Assembly: GCA_965240325.2 (NCBI GenBank)
Contig: OZ251229.1
Span: forward strand, 372,001 to 436,000
Reading direction: 5' to 3'
Length of the DNA stretch: 64,000 nucleotides
From: Rebecca billardiae RCC1528
Taxonomy: Eukaryota > Protista > Haptophyta
The notes under the pieces were generated by a model. It worked only from the letters and a program-made list of their open reading frames with translations. It was not told the DNA's origin and did no database searches. A program made the translations under genes and the position numbers. The number at the start of each line of letters is the position of its first letter. The first letter of the stretch is position 1. Of the stretch, positions 24,043 through 34,593 are shown piece by piece.

Positions 24043-24537
24043 TTTGGGGATACGACGGCTCGCTCGTGCTCGCAGCCGCCTTCGCCCCTTCCGCACGCCG
24101 AACTGACTGCAACGGGCTGCGCGCCCACGCATCCCGCGCGGACTGCTGACTGTTTTGTGGCGGTGTCTTTGCGCAGTGTTATTGGATATGGCGTCAATCC
24201 GACGGACGCCTTACGTTAATGTAATCGGCTTATAGTAGCTGCTAGCCGCTAGTGTACTATTGCGCCGTCTAATTATATATATGACCGCGTTCCGCGGTCC
24301 TTTTCTGCATAGAATCAACGCAGTTGGGGGCCCGCGGTGGCCGTGCAATCGCGGCTCTCCGCCGTAGTGGCAGTTCGCCAGTTGAAGTCGGTTCTGAGAT
24401 GACTGAAGCTATATTAGTCCGACCGTCGCCCTGCCTGCGCGACCGCGAGACTCATTCACACTTCACACATGCAATCACAGCAGCGGACCTGAGACCGCAC
24501 CCGGCACCGGTCGTCAAATCGGACGTCCGTCTGACAA

Positions 24538-24684
24538 CTAGCTGCCAAATGTCCAACTGGCTGATCAGCTCGGATCCGACCCGTCCGCGATCGTGCCATC
24601 GGCATCGGAATTACTACTAGTAGCTGCCAAACTGTGTCCAACTCTGGCTGATCAGCTCGGATCCGACCCGTCCGCGATCGTGCC
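24538..24684. repeat. Tandem duplication of a ~60-bp unit (tagctgccaaa..ctggctgatcagctcggatccgacccgtccgcgatcgtgcc)
   Basis: Two near-identical copies. Confidence 0.85.
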
Positions 24685-25904
24685 GAGTGAGTCGTGCCGC
24701 GGAGCTCGGAGTACTGAAGGAGTCGGGTGTGACAGCAGGGTGCTTTAGCGCTGCGGCCCGTGCCAGCCAACGACCAGACGTACTCTGGCCACTTGACCCG
24801 TTGCACGGGTGAGTGACCGTACGCCCTGCCTAGTGCCTACCGCGCGCGCCGCGCGACCGGCGACTCGGGGTGATGGAGAGCGGATGGCGACAGCAGCAGC
24901 AGTCCTCATGAAGACGATGAAACTGGCGGCACGGGTGCACGAGGTGGCAGGCGAAAGCGCGCCGACGAGACCGCATTTGACACACCTGAGCCGCACGCGC
25001 GTGCCCGGTCGCCGAGCGGCGAGCGCTGCAAACGCGCAACCGTACCGCGCGCGCCACGACGGCGCGGCACTAGCTGATGCAGGCCGTACTGCCGGCACTG
25101 CTTCTGCGATCATGCGCCACGGTCGCAGCTGACTGCGTGAGCAGCAAGCGGGAGGCGGGTCCGGAGGCACGTGCAGGCGCCGTCCCGCATATCCGCCATC
25201 GCCCATCGTGCCGGGGCACGTCACCTCCGACGATCCGGATGTGGCCCAGTCCGGACGTCACGCGAGGCCGGGAAGACGACTCAAGACGAGTACGATTCGC
25301 TCGTAACGAACCGTTACACTAATGTCACGTCCAGCTGACGTCCAGATCGCACTTTACTTAAGGGAATCAGCTGGGCGCGCTTTTTTTTGGCCTGATAGAC
25401 CTCTCAATGCGATCTCAAAAACTCGAAACTCGGTCTCCGCCAGCCCTAAAAATCGCCCCCCGTCCCTTTTTTTCCGCCGCCCCCCGACCCCGTCCCTTTT
25501 TTCTTGATCAAAGATCTTTTTGAAACGTGGTTCGGGCCCGCTGGTGCGGGCTCCACGCTGCGCGCTCCGCCCGCTGCACCGCGGGCCATAAAGACCGTAA
25601 GCAGTCTTAATTATATTGTCGAACCAGTCGCATTAGGTGGCAGTGACGGTGGCAGTGACGGTGGCAGCTGCATTACCAGGATCGGACAACCGACCGCGTC
25701 CGCGACGGCAGCGGCTCCGGAGCGGCGTGCACAGGGCGGCGCGGGTCGGCCGTCGGGCGCTTGGCGGCCCGAACCGCATGTCAATGACCGGCATTGGCCC
25801 TGGCCGACGGCATAATCTATGTTGACGCGCCGAGCTCGAGCGCATGGTCGCATGAGGGCGCACCGGTGCCAACTGCAGGTGGCAGCTTGCCAACCGCATA
25901 GATC

Positions 25905-26110
25905 TAGCTCACAGAGTGGGCCAGCTCACAGAGCGGGAGCTCAGAGCGGGAGCTCACTGAGCGCCGAGCGCAGGCTCAGACTTCAGAGAGACAGCTCAGA
26001 GCGAGTCAGCGGGAGCTCAGCCTCAGAGCAGGAGCTCAGGCTCAGCGCGGGAGCTCAGCGCGGGAGCTCAGCGCGGGAGCTCAGAGCGGGGGCTCAGAGC
26101 TGGAACTCAG
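25905..26110. repeat. Degenerate minisatellite (gcgggagctca / gctcaga units)
   Basis: Many gctca(g) units with ~13-bp period. Confidence 0.8.
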
Positions 26111-26969
26111 ACCGGGCTGGCAGACGAGTCAGCAGCTCGGCGTCGGCATGTTCTGCAGTGGACAAGCCACCGGCGCGCCCTCGGGTGCGCCCATGCGCTC
26201 GAGGTCGGCGCGTTGTCATAGATAATAATGCAGCTGGCAAGGCCAATGCCGGTCGGTTGGCAAGCCACCCGCGCGCCCCTGCACGTGCTCGAGCTGCGGC
26301 GTCGTCATCTCATGCAGCGGCTGCCATCGTCCCTGTCTTGCCGACAGCCAAAGGGCGAGCATGACGGCGGCGCGCGGCCCCATCCGAGGCGAACATCAGC
26401 GGATGTGCAGCGAGACGGTTCGATGCCAGCTGGGCGATCATGGAGCAGTGCATGTCCCTGCAGAGCTGGCTTTGCTCTGCGGCGGGCCGGCCGCTGCCGA
26501 TGCGGAGGACGACACGCTGCAGCGCTCGGACGAGTGCTGGCCGGACCATCCGGAGCGAACGCTCGTCGACTTTGACGGCCTCCCTGTGCCCGCCGGCTCC
26601 GGACCGCGCCGACAACGCCGACGTCGCGAGCACACCATCACCCAAAGGCCGAGTGCGCGAGGCGCAAGGCACGCCACGCCCGCGTGCTTCTCGTCGCGCC
26701 CAACGATGACGGCGCGCAGATATCCATCTCGCGCAAGCCCCGAAAGAGCGGCTGAAAGAAGCAGGTGTCGATCTGGTACTTAGCGGGGCGAAAAGTCTGA
26801 AAGATGCAGATTTCGCCAGATTTTGGGGCGGTCCGGGCGCCCTTTTCGCATTCCGGCGCACTCGGCGGCCCGAGCGAGCGAGTCGCGTACTGTAGCAACG
26901 GTGGTCACCCTTGCGCGTAGTAGAGTGCAGACTAACTGTCGATCGTTCGCGCAGGCGCCTTGTGAAGCC

Positions 26970-28379
26970 ATGGACTCGGCGTGCGCGCGTGCGGATGTGC
27001 GGCTGACCGACCTGCCACCCGAGCTGATCGCGCGCATCCTCGTTCACCTCGATAACGTGCGCGACCTCGCCGCCGCCAACGCCGCCGCGCGCCTCTTCCG
27101 CGGCGCGCCGCTCGAGCACGCGCTGCGCGAGCGCGCGGCCGCGCGCGGGCACGAGGCCGCGCTGCCGGCGAGTCTGCCCGTTGGCGTGTGCACGTGGGCG
27201 GAGGAGCTGCTCGCGCGCGAGCGTACTCTCGAGCTCGCGCACGGGCACGCGCACGTCGTGGCCTCGGCCTCCGGTGTATTCCATATCGACGGCAGCAGCG
27301 CGTTTGTGGCCGCGGACGGCAGCGTGCTCACGTGCGGCAAACCGCTGGGCCATCCCGACCTCGACCGGGAGTCCCACGTGCTCGTGCCGACGCGCGTGGC
27401 CTCGCTGGAGGCGGTGCCCGTGCGTGCGTTGGCTGCCGGGAGCCAGCACCTGCTCGCGCTCTGCGCGGCGGGCGCTGTGTACGCGTGCGGCAGCAACGAG
27501 TTCGGACAGCTGGGCGTGGGCGACAAGGCTGGGCGACGGGCGTTCGTGCAGGTGGCGGCGCTGGGCGTGGGGCTCGTCATCTGCATCGACGCTCACGACC
27601 ACAGTCTCGCGCTGACGGCTGCGGGCGCGGCGTACAGCTGGGGCTTCAACCGCTGCGGCCAGCTCGGCCACGGCGACACGGAGCACCGGCTGGAGCCGAC
27701 GCGCATCGAGGCGCTGGACGGCGTGCGCGTGGGCGGCGTGGCCGCGGGCTGGGGGCACACGCTGCTGCTCTCGGCGTGCGGCGCCGTGTACTCGTGTGGG
27801 CAGGCTGATGCTGGCCAGCTTGGCCACGGTGACAATCAGTGGCGGCCCGTTGCGCTGCGCATCGAGGCGCTCGCGGGCGTGCGCGCCGTGCACGTGAGCG
27901 CGGGCGCTGGGTACAGCCTGGTGGTGGACGCAGCGGGTGGCGTGCACTCCTTCGGAGATTGTGCCTTTGGCGCGCTCGGCCACGGTATCGTGGCCGATAG
28001 CTTTGTGCCCACGCGCATCGCCGCACTGGCGGGCGTGCGTGCCGTGCGCGCCAGCGCGGGCGGTTACACTAGCGCAGTGGTGTGCGCGGACGGCAGCGTG
28101 CACGCGTTCGGGTTCAACGGCAGCGGCGCGCTGGGGCTGGGGAACACAGTGGTGAGCAGGCTGCCCACGCGGGTGGGGGGCCTCGCGCAGGCGCGCGTGG
28201 TCGACTGCTCATTCGGCGCAGATCGCGCCCACTACGTCACAGCGGACGGCTGCGTGCACACGTGCGGCACACATATGGCCGCGCTCGGCCTGGGCGTGGG
28301 CTACGATGGCGGAGTGCAGCAGACGCCGCAGCATGTGGTGCAGCTGCCGCCCCTGATGCGGCGCTGTGGGCCGCGCTGA
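26970..28379 (+). CDS. F-box + RCC1-repeat protein (paralogue 2), intronless
   Basis: RLTDLPPELIARILVHL plus RCC1 repeats; N-terminal DNA is nearly identical to paralogue 1. Confidence 0.9.
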   Translation: MDSACARADVRLTDLPPELIARILVHLDNVRDLAAANAAARLFRGAPLEHALRERAAARGHEAALPASLPVGVCTWAEELLARERTLELAHGHAHVVASASGVFHIDGSSAFVAADGSVLTCGKPLGHPDLDRESHVLVPTRVASLEAVPVRALAAGSQHLLALCAAGAVYACGSNEFGQLGVGDKAGRRAFVQVAALGVGLVICIDAHDHSLALTAAGAAYSWGFNRCGQLGHGDTEHRLEPTRIEALDGVRVGGVAAGWGHTLLLSACGAVYSCGQADAGQLGHGDNQWRPVALRIEALAGVRAVHVSAGAGYSLVVDAAGGVHSFGDCAFGALGHGIVADSFVPTRIAALAGVRAVRASAGGYTSAVVCADGSVHAFGFNGSGALGLGNTVVSRLPTRVGGLAQARVVDCSFGADRAHYVTADGCVHTCGTHMAALGLGVGYDGGVQQTPQHVVQLPPLMRRCGPR

Positions 28380-29179
28380 GCGCAGCCAGTGGCGGGTGCG
28401 CTGGTCGCGCAGGCTTGTGAGTGCGCGATGCGCTCGTGCTCGCAGCCGCCTTCCGCACGCCGAACGGACTGCAACGGGCTGCGCGCCCACGCATCCCGCG
28501 CGGACTGCTGTGCCGAGTGCGCGGTGTACGTGGCTGTGACAGTCCTGTGCCCGCCATGAGCGCAGCACGGCAGTAGCTGGCTAGCTCGGCTCGCGCGCGC
28601 TACTCTACAGTCCGATCGGACTCCGAGTCTCAGGGTCGTCTGTGTGTTCCCGATATCGCTGCCGCTGCTGCTACGCATAACTCTCTCTCTCTCCGTTGCG
28701 TTTCCAAACACACCTGTGTGCGAATCAAGCCTCGACGGGCGTCGGCCAACCCGTCGGCCACAGGATGCCCACTTTTGCCCGTTCATCGGCCAGTGGCCGA
28801 CTACGACGAATAAATATGAATAAATGAATACACATATATATATGTATATATTATTCATTCATCCCTTTTTCTTTTTCGGCAAAAGATTATTCACCACTCG
28901 GGCAGAACGTATGGTACCCGCCAACGAGGTCGGCTTGAGTCTTGACTCTGTCTGGATGATCTCGTCGCAGAAGCTGCTTGCAGCCGACTACTGTGCTGCG
29001 GCAGCCACCGCTCGTCCGCTCGCCGCGAGGCTGCCGCAGTCGCCGCGTCGGCAGACGTGGTCAGCGTGAGACGATGCCGCAGCGCTGCTGGCAGTGCAAG
29101 CGCGAGCCGTGGCAGAAGTAGGGGTCGTGGGCGCGGGCGTGGGCGCGGTCGCGGGCGCGGGTGCGGCCGCTGACTCGCC

Positions 29180-30430
29180 CTCGGAGTGCATCTTCGTCCG
29201 CACCTCAGGAGACATCATCGACGTCATCGCAGTGTACGTGGACGACCTGCTTATTCTGCTGAGCAGCTCCCCCGACAGCGCAAGACCCAGCTCGATTATC
29301 GAAGAAATTCGAAAAGAATTCACCCTCCGGGATCTGGGACCAGCAACGACTTTCCTAGGCATGGGTATCGCCCAGGGCCCCAGGGGCCCAAGTCGACGAC
29401 TATCTCCATGTGACGGTACATCACCGATCTCCTCAAGAGGCACCGGACATGAGCGACATTACGCCCGTCGACAACCCATGCGGATCGGCGGCAGAGCAAC
29501 CGACATCATCAATCGAGACAGACGATTCATCATCGTGCTCGTCGGAGGAATCAAAGACCTACGTACCGAGCAATTGTCGGAGCGCTACTATTCATCATGA
29601 ACACCTGCCGACCCGACATCAGCTACGCAGTCAATATATGTTGGCAAGGCACATGGCGAGCCCAAGCTCGAACGGCCTTACAGGTGCCAAGCAAGTGCTC
29701 AGGTACTTGGCCTGGACAAAGAATTCCGGCATCTCTTTCATCAAATCAACACCTACTCAGCCACGGACGGAGACGTTTGTGGACTCGGATTGGGCCAACG
29801 ATACAAAGGACCGCCGCTCGACAGGAAGCTATATCTACTTCCACGCAGGCGGCCCAGTATCGTGGCGCACCTTCAAGCAGTCAATCACAACCCTCTCATC
29901 ATGTGAGGCCGAATATGTCGCTCTCGCGGAAGGAGCCAAAGAGGCAGTTTACCTACGCGACGTCATCAGCGATATTCTCAATATTCCCAAGACGCCCATT
30001 GTGATCCATGAGGACAACAAGGGGGCGATTGATCTCTCAAAGAACAGCATCCATCATCATAAGCGCACCAAGCACTTCGACGTACGACACCATTTTATTC
30101 GAGATTGTGTCGACCTCGGTGCAGTCAACATAACCAAGTTACACACATCGGAAAACATCGTCGATTGTCTTACCGAGGCGCTACCCATTAACCCAAGGAC
30201 AAGTTTACAAAATTCCGAGACATCATGGTGACACCAGTTACGAATTGAGTAGAGGGCGTGTCAAAACCCCAAGGCAGCCATTGGCGCCATTCCCCAGCTC
30301 GAGGTTTCAGTCTCAAGGCGCTGAGCAATTCTAAGCGCCACCATGGTGAGGCTTCATTCCAATTCAAAACCTTATCATCGACCTCAACTGTCGGTTTTGT
30401 TCATGCTCCGTGCACCAAATTCATTCATCA
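29180..30430 (+). mobile_element. Ty1/copia 3' fragment: end of RT, full RNase H, PPT and start of 3' LTR (TG at 30259; LTR end uncertain)
   Basis: 29180-30008 duplicates 21640-22458 and continues IHEDNKGAI...KRTKHFDVRHHFIRD; purine-rich gagtagagggcg is followed by TGTCAAAA. Confidence 0.88.
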
Positions 30431-30588
30431 TTGTTGAGAGAACCGCGCGACCACAGACATTGTGGACGAATGGAGCTTCAGCGTGGATCGAGCTGTCGGC
30501 TAATTTAGCGAAGTAATTTCAGATCGACACGTCGTCTTCGCGTGCCAAAGATTCCCGGACGGTGACTCGTTCGTCTGATTCTGTCTTA

Positions 30589-30921
30589 GAAGCTTCGAGA
30601 TGAGGTCGTAGGATGTACGTTGCCGTCCATGCTGTTTTGCTGTCGATTTGTGATCAGGTCAGTGTTGATTTAGGATTATTTTTGTGCGAGCGCCGCCGCA
30701 GCGGTCGTGCCGCCACTGTGTGACTGCGAGTAAAATGTTGGATTGGAAAGTGGCTTCGAAGCTTCGAGATGAGGTCGTAGGATGTACGTTGCCGTCCATG
30801 CTGTTTTGCTGTCGATTTATGATCAGGTCAGTGTTGATTTCGGATGATTTTTGTGCGAGCGCCGCCGCAGCGGTCGCGCCGCCACTGTGTGACTGCGAGT
30901 AAAATGTTGGATTGGAAAGTG
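30589..30921. repeat. Tandem duplication of a ~168-bp unit
   Basis: gaagcttcgagatgaggtcgtagg...ttggattggaaagtgg occurs twice. Confidence 0.9.
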
Positions 30922-32149
30922 GAAATCACTGTAGATTGGCGATTCCTTTGACAATCATCATCATCCATCGTGCGTTTCAGAATGGTCAACAATAATAACT
31001 GAACAAGCGTCACGGAACACTCCAGGAATCAAAGGTCCTGAGACGTCCTCAAGCGAAGCTGAGAAGGTGGTCCAAAGTTTCCAATCACGACAAGTCTGAG
31101 ACAAGCCCTTCAGCCTGAGAACTCTGCAAAAGCTTTCTCAGCTGATCCGCAGTCACCACCCTATCACCACGACGCTGAACTCGGGTCAGCAAGCAAGCAG
31201 GGGCACCCCTGCACCACGCGAACGGAGCGAATCTCCGCCACGCGCACCGAAGTGCCAATATCATGCGCATGTATCGTATATATATATATATATATTGCTG
31301 CGCGCTCTAAAGTCTATAAGCCGAGTCCGTAAGCAGTAGCATTGGGCATCAACAACACACTGTCACGTGGCATGTCCATCAGTGATCAGACCATCGGACC
31401 ATCGGGCAATATATTATTATTGATATATAAGTGCGTTCATCGCCGCCGCCGACCGTGTCAGCTCGCATCGCCGCGCACGGGTACTCGCCAAGTTGCTAAA
31501 CACCCAGGACGAACATCGGCCAGAATAATAATCGGCTGCAACTCTTCACTAGCCCGCTGGGAAGTAGGAGGCCTCTGACACGCACGCACGCGCGGTCTCA
31601 CTTGGGGAGCCAGCCTTCTACACATGTGAATGTCACGTGGAAAGCAGCCAGCCTCAGCGCGCGGGGAAGGCCGCGAGGGAGGGCGGGAGCGCGCGCGAAC
31701 GAGGCCAGTAGGTGTCATGACCCGCGCCCGCAGCGCGCGCGCGCCCGCAGCGGCCGTATGTGAGCGAACGAGCGCGCCGCGCGCGGCCGCCATCGTATCG
31801 CCGCCCGGCTGGGGGCGCCGCCCGTGGGTTTGTGGCACAAGCTCCACCAGCGGCACGACCGCGACCGAGCTCGGCGCGAGCGGCGCGTCGCGCGCCCACG
31901 CGACGCGGTGCTCGGCGGCGCGCGCGCGCTCGAGCCGCGCGCCGAGCCGCTCCACGCGCGCGCCGTCCGCCTCGGGCCACACCCAACCACGCCCATCCGC
32001 GACCTGCGGCGGCGGCGGCGGTGTGGGCGCGCGCGATGCATCGTGCCCGCACCCGGGCGGAGCGGGCGGTGGCGGGCGGTGGCGGCGAGTGCTGCGCTGC
32101 GCCGCCGTCTCCAGCCCCGCCATCGGCGCTGGCGTCGCTCTCGACGGGC

Positions 32150-33230
32150 GCCGAGCCCGGCGGCGAGGGCGGCGGCGAGCACAACCATGCCGTCGCCCGG
32201 GCCGAAGCGCAGCAGCCGCAGCTTGTGGTTGGACGAGTCGGCGAGCACGCCCAGAGGCGGCGCGTGCGCGGAGAGGGCGAGGGCGGAGGGGAAGCGGAAG
32301 CGGGCGAGCGCGCCCGCGCCGTCGAGGTCGCCCGGCGCCCCGCCACCCGCCGCGGTGCTCACGCCGCCCGTCGCGAGCTGCACGCGGCGCACGAGGTGCC
32401 GCCCCGAGTCGACCGCGAGGGCGAACGCGCCGCCTGCGCCGCCGCCGCCGCCGAACGCGACGCCGCGCAGGCTGAACCCGAACACGTTGGCAACGGCGCC
32501 GCCGGCGAGGGTCGAGACGAGGCCGGTGTCGAGGGCGAACGTGCGCAGCAGCCGGTTCCCCGCGTCCGTGCGCACGGCGAGCGAGCCGTCCGCCGAGAGC
32601 GCGACCCCCGTCGGCGTGTCCGGCCGCGCGCCGCCGCGGATGCCGTCTGCGTCGCGCGCGCCAAAGGCGCCCGCGACCGTGCTGACAGCCTGCACGCCGC
32701 CGTCCGCGGCGCTGAGCTCGACCCTGCGCACGGTGTGGCCGGATGCGTCGGCGACGAGCGCGAACGACGCGTCGGCGGCGATGGCGATGCCGCTGGGCAG
32801 CGCGAACGACGCGTTGGCCGGCGGTCCGTCCAGCCCGCGCCCTCCGCGCCCGTGCCCGCCGCCGTGCTGACCGCGCGCGTGCCGAGCTCGAGGCGCCGCA
32901 CCTTGCGGGTGCCCGCGTCGGCGACGTGCGCGGTGGTGCAGTTAGGGGCAATCACGATGCCCGCCGGCAGGAAGAGCTCCGCCGCGGCGCCGGTGCCGCC
33001 CGCCGCGCCCTCCGAGCTGGCCGGCGCCGGCCACGATCGAGACCGCGCCGTCCGCCGTCTCCACGCGCCGCACGCGCGAGTGGCCGCGGTCAGTGACGAG
33101 CGCGAAGGAGCCATCGGGGGCGAGAGCGATGCCGTACGGTGGGGAGAAGGTGGCGACCGACGCCGCGCCGTCCGCGCGCCCCGCCTGCCCGGTGCCTGCT
33201 GGCGTGCTCACATTGGGCACGCCGTCGTCG
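32150..33230 (-). pseudogene. NHL-repeat beta-propeller gene, frameshifted
   Basis: Repeats VSTxAG..G..DG...A.F..P.GIA...DGSFALVxD...RVRR are spread over three frames, with shifts near 33010 and 32840. Confidence 0.75.
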
Positions 33231-33457
33231 CGCGCGCACGCCTGCGCACGCGCCGCGCCGCGCACGGCGTCAGCCGCGGCGGGGACGGGGATGTGCGACT
33301 GGCCCCGCATGTGTACGCCACGCGCGCCGGCGCGAGCGCGCGCGCATCGCGCGTTCAAGCCGCGCGCGCCACGCGAGGCCGGCGGGCCGCGCAGACCAGA
33401 CGGCCGCCCGCCATCGTGCGCGCTGGAACAATAACTCAGTAAGCCACCACGAACGGC

Positions 33458-33763
33458 AGCGGGCGCATCTCGCCTGCCTGAGCTGTGTGCGTCTCTTATT
33501 CTTAGTAAACTGTACAGTACAGGTCTCTCTTCGGAGAGCGTGCGCTGAAGGATGGCGCGGCAACCTGCCACCGTGAGCCTTACGCACGTTAAAACAAATA
33601 AACTGTGTGCGCACGTTAGAACATAGTAAACTGTGTTGGCGGGCGTCAATCTCGCCTGCCTGTCAGCTGGGTGCGTCTCTGATTATTCTTATGATAGTAA
33701 ATTGTACTACCATTATACCTTACTCTCTTCGGAGAGCGTGCGATGAAGGATGGCGCGGCAACA
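33458..33763 (+). repeat. Dispersed structured repeat, copies 2 (33520-33606, ending ttaaaacaaataaactgt) and 3 (33723-33763), in a local tandem duplication
   Basis: Matches 16137 and 56746; the upstream gcgggcg..atctcgcctgcctg..gtgcgtctct block is also duplicated. Confidence 0.8.
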
Positions 33764-34593
33764 GCCTGAACCGACAAACTCGACTCGAGCGACACGTTCA
33801 TTCAACGTGATGAGGCCGAGCCGAGGGGGAGGCTGGGGGAAGCTTGCATTCCAAGGGGCGTCGATCGCCGCGCCGCATCCCAGAACCGCGTCGGGCGCGT
33901 CGGCCGCACCCAAGACGAGACGTTGTCCAAAGTCCTCCGCCCTGGGCTCGCATTTCGCGCTTGCACGGATGCCCTCGAGCATGGTCAGGTGCCGTGCGCG
34001 CGCCGGCTTCACGCAGGACGCGCTTCCTTTACACGCTCCGCGCCATGCGGTTTCTGGTGGGCCCGAGCTCCGCTTCGCACGATGGCCCGCTTTGTTCCAA
34101 CGGTCTCCTCCCGTGATGCCGGCCGTGGCGGCCACCACCGCAACCGGGTTGTCTGGGCGTTTGGAGACCTGCCTGTGGTGACGCGCCAGTTGGTCGCGGC
34201 CCGTCGCCTTGGTTACGTTGTCAGGCTACTCATGGGCGTTCCGCACCAGCAGGCGGAGCTGCGCAGCGGATCCACCCATCACGCTGCTCATGGACAGGGC
34301 ATGCACGTGTGACGCGGCGCCCTCTCGGCGGCGTCCCGCGTACATGACGATGTCCATCGCACGGCCCCCCAAAACGCTCACGACGCGCGGTTCGGCATGG
34401 CGACCCAAGATTTATTTATTCTCGATTCATCCTTCTTTCTTTTTCTTGGCTGTGCTTTCTTATTTTTTTCCAACACCAAGCAGCCTGTGCGGCAGCAGCC
34501 CCTCTTCCCGCCAACAGCCTCGCGCGGAGCACGCCGTCAAACCTTGTGATCGCGGACTCGGAAGACGCCAAGGAAAACGCACGCCTCGAAAAC

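Noticed and set aside
14501-28379. UVR8 photoreceptor
   Set aside because: Lacks the repeated GWRHT tryptophan motifs and has an N-terminal F-box.
33520-33606. SECIS element or hammerhead ribozyme in the dispersed repeat
   Set aside because: ATGA..AA..GA spacing is too short on the 3' side, and there is no conserved CUGANGA/GAAA core.
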